Position numbers and translations under genes: made by a program. Of a stretch of DNA of 64,000 bases, positions 44,751 to 60,334 are shown piece by piece. Below the pieces are notes generated by a model, which was given only the letters and a program-made list of their open reading frames with translations, searched no databases and was not told the origin of the DNA. The DNA comes from the human T2T-CHM13v2.0 reference genome, Homo sapiens: NCBI RefSeq assembly GCF_009914755.1, contig NC_060925.1; one strand, written 5' to 3'. The stretch's first letter is position 1, and every line of letters starts with the position of its first letter.

Positions 44751-45035
44751 GTGGTCTCACTTTGTCATGGGCTCCTTGAGGGCAGAAGTTGTATTTTATT
44801 TATCTGTACCTCTAGTGTATATACTGTGTCTGTCCCCCATGTGCTGATAATACCCCCATGTACACGTTATGATAGAGGAACCCCAGAAGGCTATTACAGG
44901 TAAATCTGCAAGTAAGAGGCAGATAGAGATCATTTAAAGGTGTTCATATATACACTCCTTGGAACTGGGCTCTATTCTTCCAGGAAAACCTGCTTAGTCA
45001 AGAAATTTGATTACAGTAAATTGCCACACGTCAGG

Positions 45036-45985
<950 letters not shown>

Positions 45986-46868
45986 TTAATTCCATGCTTT
46001 GCACTGGACAGGTGAGAGCAAATATTTGCTGCATCAATGAATACCCTTATTAGCCAAGATTTTGGAATACCCTGGATTCTAGAATGTAGTTAATACCAAA
46101 ATATTCAGAACATTCTAGGGTGTTTCTCTGATGATTCAGAAGAATCTTTTGTAATTGCAACCCAGAGGTCATAATCACAGGAAACAGTGTGCAAACATCC
46201 CCCGCAGCCCCCTCAACACCCCCCCCCCCATTTGCTCTCCATGGTCCTGAATGTTCTCAGGAACCTAAGAACAACAGGACGTTGTTGCTGACTGGGGGCA
46301 ATGGAAGCAGCTTCCCAGGAGCTTAGGAGCTGGGCAGTCTAGTTCTAGCTCTGCCACTTCCTGGCTTTATGGCCATGGGTAAGTTCCTAGCTCTCAGATA
46401 AAATGAAGGGCTTGGACAGTGTTATCTCCAAAGGGCTTTCTGCTGTCAGCATTTCTGGTAACTCCTTTCTGGCATTTGCCAGAAATATCTGGCGTTTTAT
46501 AAACACTCAAAAAATTAGACCCGCATACTGGCCCTTTTGTTGATGACTGACACATGTGGTATTTGGGTTTCAATGTTGCCTCCTAAGGACGAATTGTAGG
46601 GAAATATACAGTCCTTTTTGGAAATATGGCCTCATAACTTAGTTTCTTGTCCTGTGGGGGAGGCCTGCATATTGGAGGAAGGAGCCATAGGCCCCAGGGA
46701 GTCATGAGCACACAGGTGCAATGGAGACAGAAAGCCACAGGCAGTGGAAGGCTGAGTGTTATCACTAATGCTTCAGAATGGGACACCAACCTGGAGGCCG
46801 TGGTTTATATCCTTGTCTACTTCTTACTCTGGGCACATCATGCCCATCTCTGAGATTGCTTCTTTTTA

Positions 46869-46900
46869 ATAATAATAATAATAATTATTATTATTATTAT
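46869..46900. repeat. Perfect 32-bp palindromic microsatellite (AAT)n(TAT)n
   Basis: ataataataataataa|ttattattattattat. Confidence 0.9.
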
Positions 46901-47425
46901 AAAATATATCATACAAAAGAAGGTTTAAGACACACATGTACTGTCTGAAGAATAATCATGAAATGAAAGTCCATGTACCCACAACCCTGGTGGAGAAATA
47001 GAATACTGGCCATGTCTCAGAAGCTTCCTCTGTCCTGCTCCCCAATCTCATACCCTTTCCTGTCAATCCCGCCCCACCCTATGGTAACCACTACCCTCAG
47101 TTTTGTTTTAACCATTCCTTAGACTTTCTGTATAGTCTTACCTTATCTGTATGGATCCCTGAACAAAATATTATTTTACTTACCTGTCAATGAATTTTCT
47201 ATACATGGAATCACACTATAGATATTCTCCTATGACTGCCTACTTTCACTCAAAATGGAGTGAAATTCATCCTAGCTGATACACATAGTACTAATATATT
47301 CATTTTTACTTCTAAATAGGATTCCACTATATAAGTTAACACAATTTCTTTATCCATTATTCTGTACAGAGGCATTTTGGCTATGTAGAAATGCCTTTGT
47401 TACTATAGAAAATGATACTATGAAC

Positions 47426-47819
<394 letters not shown>

Positions 47820-48397
47820 TAATGGAATTGCTGGCTCATAGCATATGTGTGTACGTTCAACTTTGCAGACAATTCCAAAAAGTTTTCCGAAATGGTTGTA
47901 CAAATGTACACACCCTACAGTAGTAGATGAGAGTTTCTGTTACTCCATATTCCTCCTAGTGCTTGGTATTGCCATCTTTTCCATTTTCAGCAATCTGATG
48001 GACATATAATGGTATCTCGCTGTGGTTTTAATGTGTAATTTCCTGATTGTCAGTGAAATTGAGCATCTTTTCATGTGTTTCTTCCCCATTTGTGTTTCCT
48101 CTTCTGTAAAATACCTGCATATGTCTTTTGCCCACTATTTTATTACAAATATATTGTACTTACACATTTGCGGTCATTCTTTATATATTCTGGATATTAA
48201 TCCTTAGTTGATTATATATGTTACAAATATCTCCTCCTAGGGTGTGGCTTGTCTTTTCACTCTACAATGTCTTGGGAGGAACAAGTTCTTAATTCTAATA
48301 GGGTCAAATTTATTGAACTTTTTCTTTATAGTGTGCATGTTTCATGACCTCAAGGTTATGAAGGTATGCTCACATATTGTGTCATAAAAGTTTTCTA

Positions 48398-48712
<315 letters not shown>

Positions 48713-49882
48713 CTAGTTTTTCCCATTATTTTTAGTTTTTTAACTCACATGAAAATTATCTTTGTGTAGATCATGAGGTAAGAACCAAATTCCTTTTTTT
48801 TTTTTTTCGGTATAGATAACTAATTTTCCCAGCACTATCAATTGACTATTCCATTCCTTCCCCATCTACCTCATTAAGAATCAAGTTTCCAGACACACAT
48901 AATTTGTTTCTGGGCTCTTTCTTCTGTCCTATTCATTGATCACCACCCTAATTACTACAGCTTTATGATAAGCCTTGTTATCTGGTGGATGAAAATCCCC
49001 CCAGCTTCTTCTTATTCTTTAAGAGGATCTTGGCCCCTTGTTATACTATATAAGAATTACCTTGTCAAGTTCCAACTCTGTTGTAAATCTAATTGGAATT
49101 ATATTGAATCAAAAGTCTTGTTTGGGGAATTTACATCTTTATAATACAGGGTATTTTGTCCAAGAACATCATCTATCCACTTATTTAGGTCTTAATGTAT
49201 TTCAATAAAATTTTATAATTTTCTCCATAAAAAGCTTTCATAGCTTATTTTATATTTACTCCTAGATACTTTCATATTTTGTTGCTAATGTGAATGGTTT
49301 ATTTTAAATTAAATTTTCCAACTGACTGCTATTGGTGTATAAAAATTGAATTGATTTTTGTATATTGATTTCATATCCAGCAACCTTGCTAATGTCTCAT
49401 TTTTTCTTCTAGTAATTTATCTATAGTTTCTTTCGGGTTTTATACGTAGTCAATCATAGATCTGCAAATAATAACTTGTGTTTCTTTCCCTCTAATCTTT
49501 ATATTTCATATTTTTAGGCATATATCTTGGCATAACCATTATTTCCATTTTTATAAATGAGGAAACTGAACCTCAGAGATGTTAAGTAATTTGCCCAAGG
49601 TCTCATAGTTAGAAACAAACAAAGCCAAGACTCAAATCCCATTCCAAAATCCATGTTTTTATTCCCTGTACTATGGATTGCTTTTCCTTTCTCCACTTCA
49701 AAAATACATTTGAGGTTTGTAATAGAAAATCTTGGTACATAAAAACAATGATCCGCCAGTAAGGGAAATGATTTTTATTTGTTTCTTTTAAAGGAAAAGA
49801 AAATTATTTCGACTTGATCAATACATCAGCATCATCTCAGAGCCAGAAAAAAACAGTAAAGGGGGAAAATAACTGACACATT

Positions 49883-50246
<364 letters not shown>

Positions 50247-50769
50247 TTAGGTATTAGCGTCTTGACTTGGCAGCTGAGGAAACTGAGGCTGAGATGAATA
50301 TAAAAAAGTAACAACCAGAAAAAAGGAAGTTTCAGTGTCAAGCAGATAGCACGATGTGTATAACGCATCAAAACAAAGTACCTGAAATAGCCTCCAAGTA
50401 TAAGTTGCAAATCAGTTTTACAGCCTCAGGTGAATACTGAAAGCTGAAGCCTTGGAAAGGCTCCTTGTGTGCTCTCTTGCAGTCCATGGAGGTAAAGACC
50501 CCCCTGTGGGGGTTGGGAAGGAGAATAACTGGGAAGTGATTTGTTCTTCTGCATTCATTCATTCATTTAATAAATACAGTATTTATGATGGACCACCTAT
50601 CTGAGTTCTGGCGTTAATGTTAGGAATATAGCTGGGAACAAGCCAGGCACAGTCCCTGCCCTCATGGAGTTTTCCATCCAGCAGAAGACTCAGGCATGAA
50701 ACCAGTATTCACTGGTTAGCATCCATGGTACCCAAGCCCAGCCCCCACCATCAGGCAAACAGAAATCCC

Positions 50770-52110
50770 ATGTGTGACTCAAGCAGGTCGCAATGTGCTC
50801 CAGAGCATCCCCAGGTCCCATCTGGAAGCTGCCGCAGCTCTGCAGCAGACTGGCGAACCCTCTCTCCCCCCTCCTGAGCTTCCAACAGCCCTCATGTTGC
50901 TGGGAGCCTGTCCATCAGAGTGCCAATCGCAGGGGAAATTGAATCCAGGGGCTCTTTCTAGTCGTGTTTGCTCACTTTTTTTCTTAGCATGATCTTTGGT
51001 TTCATTATATTTAGGTATTTCTTTTATTTATCCATGCACCAGGAAAGAAAAAAAAAAAAAAAGGAAGGGTGCCCCTTTAAACCAAACATGAAATGTATTA
51101 GGAACCTAAAGTTGAGAATAATGGGCTTTTTTTCCCTCCTGGAAAGCTAGCCTACAGGAGGAAAAAAAATCCATTCAAATAATTTCGTTTAGTCCTAAGT
51201 ATAAAATAACTGAAGTCAAGGTGTCTCTGCTGTTATTATTTTTTCTGATGTTTTTGACACCCGCGTGTGGAGTTCTCCGGCGTTCACAGCTTCCAGAGCT
51301 GTGAGCTTCCACTTGGTATATTCGTAATACTCCTTAATATTTTCATTTTGATGTAATTTGCGGCCCCAGCTTTTTAAATATCCGCTCTGTAATAATGTTT
51401 AATTTCAGGGGTCACTCCGCCAAGGAGTATATTAAAGCTTATAAAACTCATTTCCAAAGCTCAAATATCAAGCTGTGATCAGGTTAGGAGGGCAGCATCT
51501 GTGAATATTTCATCTTTTATCATGCTGATAATAAGGAGATGACAGAGGCACATTATTACAATGAGAGAATTGCTCATTTCAGGCCTGGTGCTGGAAGCTG
51601 GGGTCTGCAGTGTGTATTACTCAATAAGAGCAATTCTGATATGAAAAGCAAGTTTACTGAGGCACCACTGTGTCTTATTTGATTGGAATGAATAATATAT
51701 GGAGCTGCTGTTCGTGCGGCTGCTGGCCGGGGGAGGGGAGGCTTGCATGGAGAGGTGCACTTGGGGATAGACGGCAAAATAATTTATCAAAGGATGTGTT
51801 TTATGGCCTGAAAATAAAGTTAAGATAACCACTGTTTATTAGAATCATTATTTCGGAAATCTGTATTCTGGAAATCTTAAACATGTGCCAGCTTACGCAT
51901 GAGAAGAATCTTGATCCACTCGACTGGCAGAGATGCCTCGTAATTATCTATTTGCACATAGGGGCTGAGTGAATTTGACACCCGGGCTGATTCCTGCCAC
52001 ATTCTCCGTCGGCGACTTTCATTATTGTTTTGCATCAAGCCAACTTCATCAAGCAGGAACCTTAAAACCCTGGTCCTTCTGGTAGTGAGATGATGAAACA
52101 TCATCAAGCA
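50770..52110. promoter_or_regulatory. Putative conserved non-coding element / developmental enhancer
   Basis: ~1.3 kb with no recognisable repeat; AT-rich yet keeps CpGs (ccgcgt, ccggcg, gcggcc, ccgtcggcga); dense TAAT/TTTATGG/TGAC motifs. Conservation is inferred, not measured. Confidence 0.6.
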
Positions 52111-52979
52111 TGAAAATCAAGCATGAACCACCTCTAATTATTGCCCCCCACCCTATAGTGCCTCTGAATCCACATCCACCCTCTCCTCCTTCTCCCCATC
52201 ATAGGGGAAGAGGGTCATCTTTTCTAGGACTGTCCTCTTACTGCCATGGATATCGTCCCTCCCTACCAGTTCTGACCCCATGTGGTGCCATTCTCCCCCT
52301 CTCCAGTGTCCTTGACAGCCCTCTTTCAGCTAGCTCCTTCCCCTCAGCCTATGAACGTGATCCAATCACTTCCATCCTAGTAAAAAAATCCCTTCCTTAC
52401 CCTTGCATCTCCCTCCAGCTATCACCCAAGTTATTTTCCTAACTTCTCATCCAAGTGTCTCATAAGGACACACTTACAAATACACTTACTGCCCCACCAA
52501 CTCACGCTGTCACATTCACCCCTCAGTTCATTTCATTTTGACTTCTGTACCCCCCTATTCCCATGAGACCACCCCAGCAAAGTCAGGGGTGGCCCCCTAA
52601 TTACCAGATCCACCGGGCACTTTTCATTCCACACTTAGCTTGCCTTCTCAGCTGCATTAGTCCCCATTATTTCAGAACAGCTCTCTGCTGTTTCTCCTTC
52701 TTCCCAAGTCCCTGTTCCTCCTCTGGTTCCTTTCCTGGAAACTCTTCCTGCCCTCTCTGAAGGTAGTGGTATTTAACAGGACTTCCCCCTTACCCTCTCC
52801 TTACACAGCCATCTATGCTGGGCAGCAGCATTCATTTTTATGATTGAAACTACCACACTTTGACTTATAGCTTATTAATGGTAATTGATTTGTAATCTAG
52901 CATCTCTCCTGGAGCTCCAAATCCATATATCCAACTGGGTACCTTGCTGGAAGTCCAAATGCAACAGGTGGGGAAAAAA

Positions 52980-53245
52980 TTATTTTAACTTTTACTTTAG
53001 GTTCAAGGGTACATGTGCAGGTTTGTTATGTAGGTAAACTCATGTCATGGGGGTTTGTTGTACAGATAATTTCATCACCCGGTACTGAGCTTAGTACCCA
53101 ATAGTTATTTTTTCTGCTTCTCTCCCTCCTCCTACCCTCCGCCTTCAGGTAGGCGCTAGTGTCTGTTACTCCCCTGTTTGTATCTGTGTGTTCTCATCAT
53201 TTAGCTCCCACTTATAAGTCAAAACATGCAATATTTGGTTTTCTG
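52980..53245 (-). mobile_element. L1PA (PA11-15-type) 3' end within an L2
   Basis: ggtacatgtgcaggtttgttatgtaggtaaac..catttagctcccacttataagt. Confidence 0.85.
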
Positions 53246-53459
53246 GAAAATTTAACAACCAACACAAACATACCCACACCCCCTGCTACTCCTCCTCCTC
53301 CTGATTTCCTTATTTTGAGTGAAGACAGAACTCTAAAAGCAGTCACCCAAGCTGAGATACAGACCAGCATCCTCAACACCTCCTTTTCCCTCAAGTCCTG
53401 CTTGTAATCCATCATCAGGACCTATTGATTCTTTCCATATTTTTAGAAAACAAATAGAT

Positions 53460-54960
53460 CTACTGTTATTTCTGATTATAAAAGTAATACTTGCTTATTT
53501 AAAAATGTTCATGATGGATATCTCAATTACCCTGATTTGATCACTACACATGTACACATGTATTGAAAATATGACATGTATCCCAAAAATATGTTAAATT
53601 TTCAAACTACACAGAAATCAACAGAGAAGATAAAAATCACCTGAACTCCCTCCATCCACAAATAACCATTGTTAACATTTTATATAAACACATCTAACCT
53701 TTTTTTAAAAAAATTGTACAGTTAGTCATTATTTACTGAATGCCTACTCTGTGTCAATTATTGTGTTAGGCACATATATACACACTTCCTTTATTATACA
53801 AAAAAATGTGATCTAGCTAGATACACAATATCTTCCATTTAACAAGGGACATATTTTCATTTCAATATAGATCCACATACTCCATTTAAATAGTTACATA
53901 GTATTCCACTGAGTGGCTATAGCAAAATTTGTTTTCTTAATCAGGTCCTTACAGATGGGTATTTAGGTTGTATCCAGAATTTGACTTTTTGTTGTTTTTG
54001 TTGAGACAGTCTCACTCAGTCACCCAGACTGGAGTGCAGTGGATGATCTTGGCTCACTGCAACCTCCGCCTCCTGGGTTCAAGCAATTCTCGTGCCACAG
54101 CCTCCCACCTGGCTGGTATTACAAGTGTATACCACCATGCCCGGCTAATTTTTGTATTTTTAGTAGAGACGGGGTTTCACCATATTGGCCAAGCTGGTCT
54201 CAAACTCCTGACCTCAAGTGATCCGCCTGCCTTGGCCTCCCAAAATGCTGGGATAACAGGCGTGAGCCACCGTGCCTGGCCCCAAAAGTTGATATTATCT
54301 ATAATTTACATCCTTATATATAACGTTTTCTCACCTTTTCAATTGTGCTTTAGAACAAATTCCTGGAAATGAAACTGTGGGCTGAAGAGTATGCACATTT
54401 TTAAGGCCTTTGATAGCTATTAACAAATATGGTCCAATGATGTCAAACCAATTGCTCTGTCACCAATATGAAAATTTTCTTACACCTTCCTTTACACTGA
54501 ATATTATCAACTTTGTTAATCTTTGCCAATCTGCTAAGTAATATTTGTTATTGTTTAATTTGTGTTTATTTTAACACTGTTGATGTTGAGCATCTTTTCA
54601 TACTTTTGTTAGATATTTGTATTTCTTTTTAAACTACTTGTTCATGCCTTTTGCCCGTTTATTTAAGAGATTGTTCTAATTTTTCCTATTGATGTATGTG
54701 AACTCTTCATATATTATAAATAATCCTTTATCTATCATATATGTTGCATACATTTTTTATCAGTGGTAATTAGTCTATGTTTATGACATCTTTAGAATAT
54801 CAATTTACAATTTTTATGTAGTATAATCTAATAACTTTTTTATTTATGGTTTCTGCTTTTGGGGTCACACTTGGAGAAGACTTCCATACTACTAAGTTAT
54901 AAAAGGTATAAAGATAATTTCCCAGATATTTTCTTTCAGTAATCCTAAAGTTTTAATTTT
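53460..54960 (-). mobile_element. Old L1ME fragments
   Basis: ttctgattataaaagtaatac, gatgggtatttaggttg, gttgagcatcttttcata. Confidence 0.7.
53986..54281 (-). mobile_element. AluSx
   Basis: Dimer; TSD ccagaatttga / ccaaaagttga. Confidence 0.92.
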
Positions 54961-55019
54961 TACATTTTAAAACTTTTCCTTCCAACATTTCTATTAGTGT
55001 AAAATTTATTAATTTTAAC

Positions 55020-57790
55020 ATACAGGAAAATACCTAAATCAATACAAATGTGGGATTGTAACTGCAAAAATCTATAACCAAAAAAAGGAATTCCCAGCAA
55101 ACTAAGAATGTAAGGAAATGCTTCAAACTGATAAAGGGCATGTATGAAAACAAACAAGCAAACAAAAAAACTACAGTTTAATTATACTGAATGCTCTTCA
55201 CCTCAGATCAGGAATAAAACAAGGATGTCTACTCTTACCATTTTTATATAACATTGCATGGGAGGTCCTGGCCAGTAAAATAAGAAAAAATAAAAAAGGA
55301 GCAGAAATAAAAGGCATAAAGATTAGAAAGGAAGTTACATGGGGTTTTTTTGCAAACAATGAAATTGCAGGAAATTCTAAGGAATCTGTCAAAAAAATTA
55401 ATAGAACAAATAAGAAAATTTAGCAAAATCACAGAATAAAGATCAATATAGAGAAACCCACTGTACTTCTGGATCCTAACAACAAACAATAGGAAAATAA
55501 AAAATGTTAAGTGATAGGATTTGCAACAGTATCAAATTAGAAAACAAAATGCTCAGAATACATTTAAGGAAAGATTGCAGTATCTCTAACCTGAACACTA
55601 CACATATTACTGGGAGAAATTGAGCATGATCTAAATAAATGGAGAGTTACACCATATGCATAGATTAGAAGATTCAGCATTGTTAAATGTCTGTTCTCCC
55701 CAAATCAATCTATAAATTCCAATCAAAATCCTAGAGAGGTTTTTTTTTGTATAAATTGGTAAACTGACTTTAAAACTAAATGAAAATGCAAAGAATACAG
55801 ACTAGCTCAAGGAAATCTGAAAAAAGAACAAAATTGGAGGATCTACACTACTTACATAGTAGTATCCCATTATCCACAGGGGTTACATTCCAAGACCCGT
55901 AGTGGAAGCCTGGAACCATGAATAGTACCAAAACTTATATATACTATGATTTTTTCTATATGTACACACATGCCTGTGATAAAGTCTAATGTATTAGACA
56001 CAGTAAAAAATTAACAATAACTAGTAATAAAATGGAACAATTATAACAATATGCCAGAATCACCGCTGGTGCTTTGGAGCCATTGTTAAGTAAAATAAGG
56101 GTTAATTGAACACAAGCATTGCAATACCAACAGTCGATCTGACAACCAGATGGCTGGCTACTAAATGATGCAGGCAGCATCTACAGCGTGGATACACTGG
56201 ACAAAGGGATGAGTCATGTCCAGGGCAGGATAGAGCAGGACAGAGTGAGACAGAGCAAGATTCCATCATGATACTCAGAACAGCAGACAATTTTAAATTT
56301 ATGAATTGCTTCTTTCTGGAAACTTCCATTTAATATTTTTGAACTGCAGTTGGCTCTAGGTAACTGAAACCATGGAAAATGAAACTGCAGGTAAGGAAGA
56401 ACTACTGTACTATGAAGCTACAGTATGATGATGTTACAGAATTACACAGGCATAAGGGTAAAAATGTAGATCAATGGAAGAGACTAGAGAGTCCAGAAAG
56501 AGGCCAACATATACATGGCCAATTGATTTTTAATAACATAGGCACCAGCATAATTCAATGGGGAAGGGGTAATGATTTTTTAAAAATAGGGCTAGAACAA
56601 CTGGATTGTCATATGAAAGAAAAGTAAACTCAATCCCCGTCTCACACCATACACAAATATTGATTTGAAATCAGTCATAGACATAAACATAAAACCTAAA
56701 ACTATAAAATTTCTAGAAGAAATAATAGAAAAAAGAACCCTTTGTAGTTTGGGGTTAGACAAGAATTTCTTTGATAGACAAAAGTATTAGTCATAAAAGA
56801 AAAAATTAATAAATTAGACTTCATCAAAATAAAACACTTCTGCTCTCTAAAAGACATAATCAAAAAGTGAAAAGGCAAGTCACAAATTGGGAGAAAATAT
56901 GTGCATCACATATATCTGTCAAGAAGCATGCATAAAAAAGCCAGAATACAAAAAGAACTCTTATTACTCAATAAGAAAAAGACAAAACACTCAATTTTTT
57001 AAATGGGCAAAATTTGAATGGTGCTTTATGAAAGAAGCTATACAAAAAGGTCAATAAACTCAAGAAAAAAAATGTTCAACAACATGAGTCACCAGAGCAA
57101 ATTAAAACTGCAGTGAGATTCCACTTCACACCCACTGAATGGTTAAAGTTTGAAGACAATTCCAAGATCAGATGATGAAGATATGGAGGAACTGGACTTC
57201 TCATACACCATTGAGAATATAAAATGGTACAACCACTTTGAAAAACAATTTGGCAGTTTCCTATACAGTTAAGCATATATAGCCCAGCAATTCCATTCCT
57301 ATGTATTTATCCAGAATAAATTGTGTGTGATACACACACACAGACTTGTATACATATGTTCATACCACTTGTATTTATAATAGCCCCTGTCAAATATTCA
57401 TCAACAGGTGAATGGATAAGCAATTGTGTCATACCCAGATAATACTACACTCCAATAAAAATGAACTATTGATACACAAGATGAATGAATCTTGAAACAA
57501 TTATGCTGAGTAAAAAAAAGGTAAAAAGGAATACATATTATATGCTTCCATTTATGTGATATCCTAAAACAGGCAAAACTAAGCTATAGTGATAGAAATC
57601 AGAAGAGTGGTTGAACAGAGGCAATTGTGCACAGGGACACCAGGAAACTTTGTGGGAAGATAGAAATGTTCTGTATCTTCATTGAGGTGGTAGTTACATG
57701 GGTGTATACATTTATCAAAACTTATCAACCTGTATGCTTTAAAACACTGAGTTTTATTGTACATATGTTTACACCTCAAAAAAAGTTGAT
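55020..57790 (+). mobile_element. Old L1M ORF2 and 3'UTR, interrupted by MER44
   Basis: ggatgtctactcttaccat..ggaggtcctggccagt, gatctaaataaatggagag, gatcaatggaa..gagagtccagaaa, cccagcaattccattccta. Confidence 0.85.
55857..56407. mobile_element. MER44B-like (TcMar-Tigger)
   Basis: TIR-like ends tagtagtatcccattatcc / ggtaaggaagaactactg followed by TA; ttccaagaccc..gtggatacactggacaaagggatga. Confidence 0.85.
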
Positions 57791-57793
57791 TTA

Positions 57794-58100
<307 letters not shown>

Positions 58101-59289
58101 TTATTTAAAAGAATTAGAATAGGATTTTGACAATATCTCAAAGCCAGTACATTCTCCTTACATTGCTGGCTCTTTCCTGCTTTTTTTCCTTACATTGTTT
58201 AGTAAAAGAAAAATATTGAATAATACATGGCACGGCTACATTAATCATGATTCTTTGGGTAACATAACTGAAATTCAAACTAGTTTAAGAAAAAGTTTGG
58301 CTGACTAGAACAAGTATCACGGGTGGAACTAACAGTGATGCCCTGCAGGACTCTTGAGTGCATTCCATTCCAAGACTACTGAAGTGCCTGGCTTGCCAGT
58401 GCCCCTGGTATGGACAGTGGCAGGTGCAGGAGAGGTGGTGCAGAGCTGTGGGTGGGAAGCCTGGGGACAAAGCTTGCCACTGTGGCCATCTGGGAGTACT
58501 TCGATTCAAGCCACTCTTTCCATTTGTCCTTTTCAGAAAATGGTGTCTGTGAAAGACATGAGGAAGAGCTTTTGGGTGACAGATGTCAGCAGCAGCCATT
58601 GGAATTGCTTTTCCTAATCATGAGGATTCTAATATCTTTCTTTCCCATTTGGGAAAACCAGGGAAAGGAGGGAATGCAATTCTTTGACCATTAGAGTTAC
58701 CAGAAGAGACAGAAGATTCTGCTTTGCAACTTAATGCATCTAGATGAATATTGAAGTGTGCAAAGTAATTCCTTTCAAAGCCCATGGGTTGTTGGCTTTT
58801 GTTCTTGAGTCCAAGCATTCCAGGTTGAGGGGGTGGGGGGAATGGCAGTATGTCTGAATCTATATAAGAAGGAGACCAGAGTCTACCTCTTGGCATTCAC
58901 AAAGATACCCAACTACTAATCTGCTGTGTGTACTCAGTACAGGGTCAAGTTCTTGGCAGTGCTGGGAGGAAAGATGGAGGGAGAGGGAGGGAGAGGGAGG
59001 GAGAGGGAGGTAAGGAGGAGGCAATACATGAAGCCAGGTTATTCTCCAGCCAAACTGACAACTCATTATTCCTTCACACCCACCTCCCATCCACCTCTGT
59101 GCCACATTCACTATGCCTTGAATAGTCTTCTCCCATTGCCCTCGCCTCTCCCAGCATCCTACATGTCCAAATACCACCCATTCTTCAAGATGCAGCTGTG
59201 GGGCTGGTCCTAAGATGTGGGATGAAGCCATTCTCCATTGCACTCTACTAGGGCACCCTCCCACCCACACAGACACTCCATTAAAAGAC

Positions 59290-59600
59290 CAGCCCAGCCT
59301 TATTTGCAAGTCTATAGCCTCAGAAGCAGAAAAAGTGCTGCTCATCCCATTTATTGTGCATATTATTCCTGTCAGCGGCTTTTAGAGGATTTTGCTAATG
59401 GCTCAGGGACTCTATGCACCATCACAATTAAGACATTGCTAATAAATTAACTTTTATGGACATAAATCAGCAGGTATGCTTATTCAGCTGTTACACCTCA
59501 CTTAGAAGTAGGCTTTGCACCTTAAGATGAAGTATATTTCTATTCAGGAGTTGTAATGGCCTTGTTAATGGAATATTAATTACCTTGGTTGTTGGACAGC
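59290..59600. promoter_or_regulatory. Putative homeodomain-motif-rich conserved element
   Basis: Repeat-free; gctaatgg, caattaa, ctaataaattaac, ttttatgg, gtaatgg, ttaatgg, ttaatta clustered. Confidence 0.4.
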
Positions 59601-59947
59601 AAGATGTCTGCTCCTGCTCTCTTGCCACAAGTGTTCTTACAGAAAAACATTTTTCCAACTTTGTGTCATGAAGGCTGTTGAATCACAGCCAAGCCCACTC
59701 CATCCTCCCCAACAGAGGGGCAGAATGAAGTTCACCCCTCCACACCCTGCATCCCAAAGTAGTTGGTTAAATAAAGCCTTAAGCCATCACGATGATCCAG
59801 TTCACCTCTGGCACTCTGTACCCCACAGGAGGGAGTTAAGCCAAACCTTAAGCCACCTAAGTGATAATGTACAGTCACCCTCTCCAAAAGACACTGGGTG
59901 GAGAGGAGAGCTACACTAAGAGTCAGGAGGCCTGGTTTCTCACCTCC

Positions 59948-60334
59948 TGTCTTAGTTCGGGCTGCCATACACTGGATGGCTTAGACAACAGACACTTATT
60001 TATCACGGTTCTAAGGGCTGGGAAGTACAAGATCAAGGTGCTGGTAGATTCAATGCTTGGTGAGGGCCCATCTCCTGGCTTGTAGACAGCCACCTTCTCA
60101 CCGAATGTTCACGTGGCCTTTCCTCGGTGTGTGCTTATGGAGACAGTGAGAGAAAGATATATCCTGTCTCTTCCTCTTCTTATAAGGGCACAAATCTCAT
60201 CGTGAGGGTATCACCCCCATGCCCTCATCTAAATCTAATTACTTCCCTAAGGACCTACCTCCTATTACCATCCCACTGGAGATTAGGGTTTCCACATATG
60301 AATTTTGGGGGACACAAACATTTACCCCATAACA
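59948..60334 (-). mobile_element. MLT1A0-type LTR within a MIR
   Basis: tgtcttagttcgggctgccata...caagatcaaggtgctggtagatt...ccataaca; TSD cctcc/ccacc. Confidence 0.87.
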
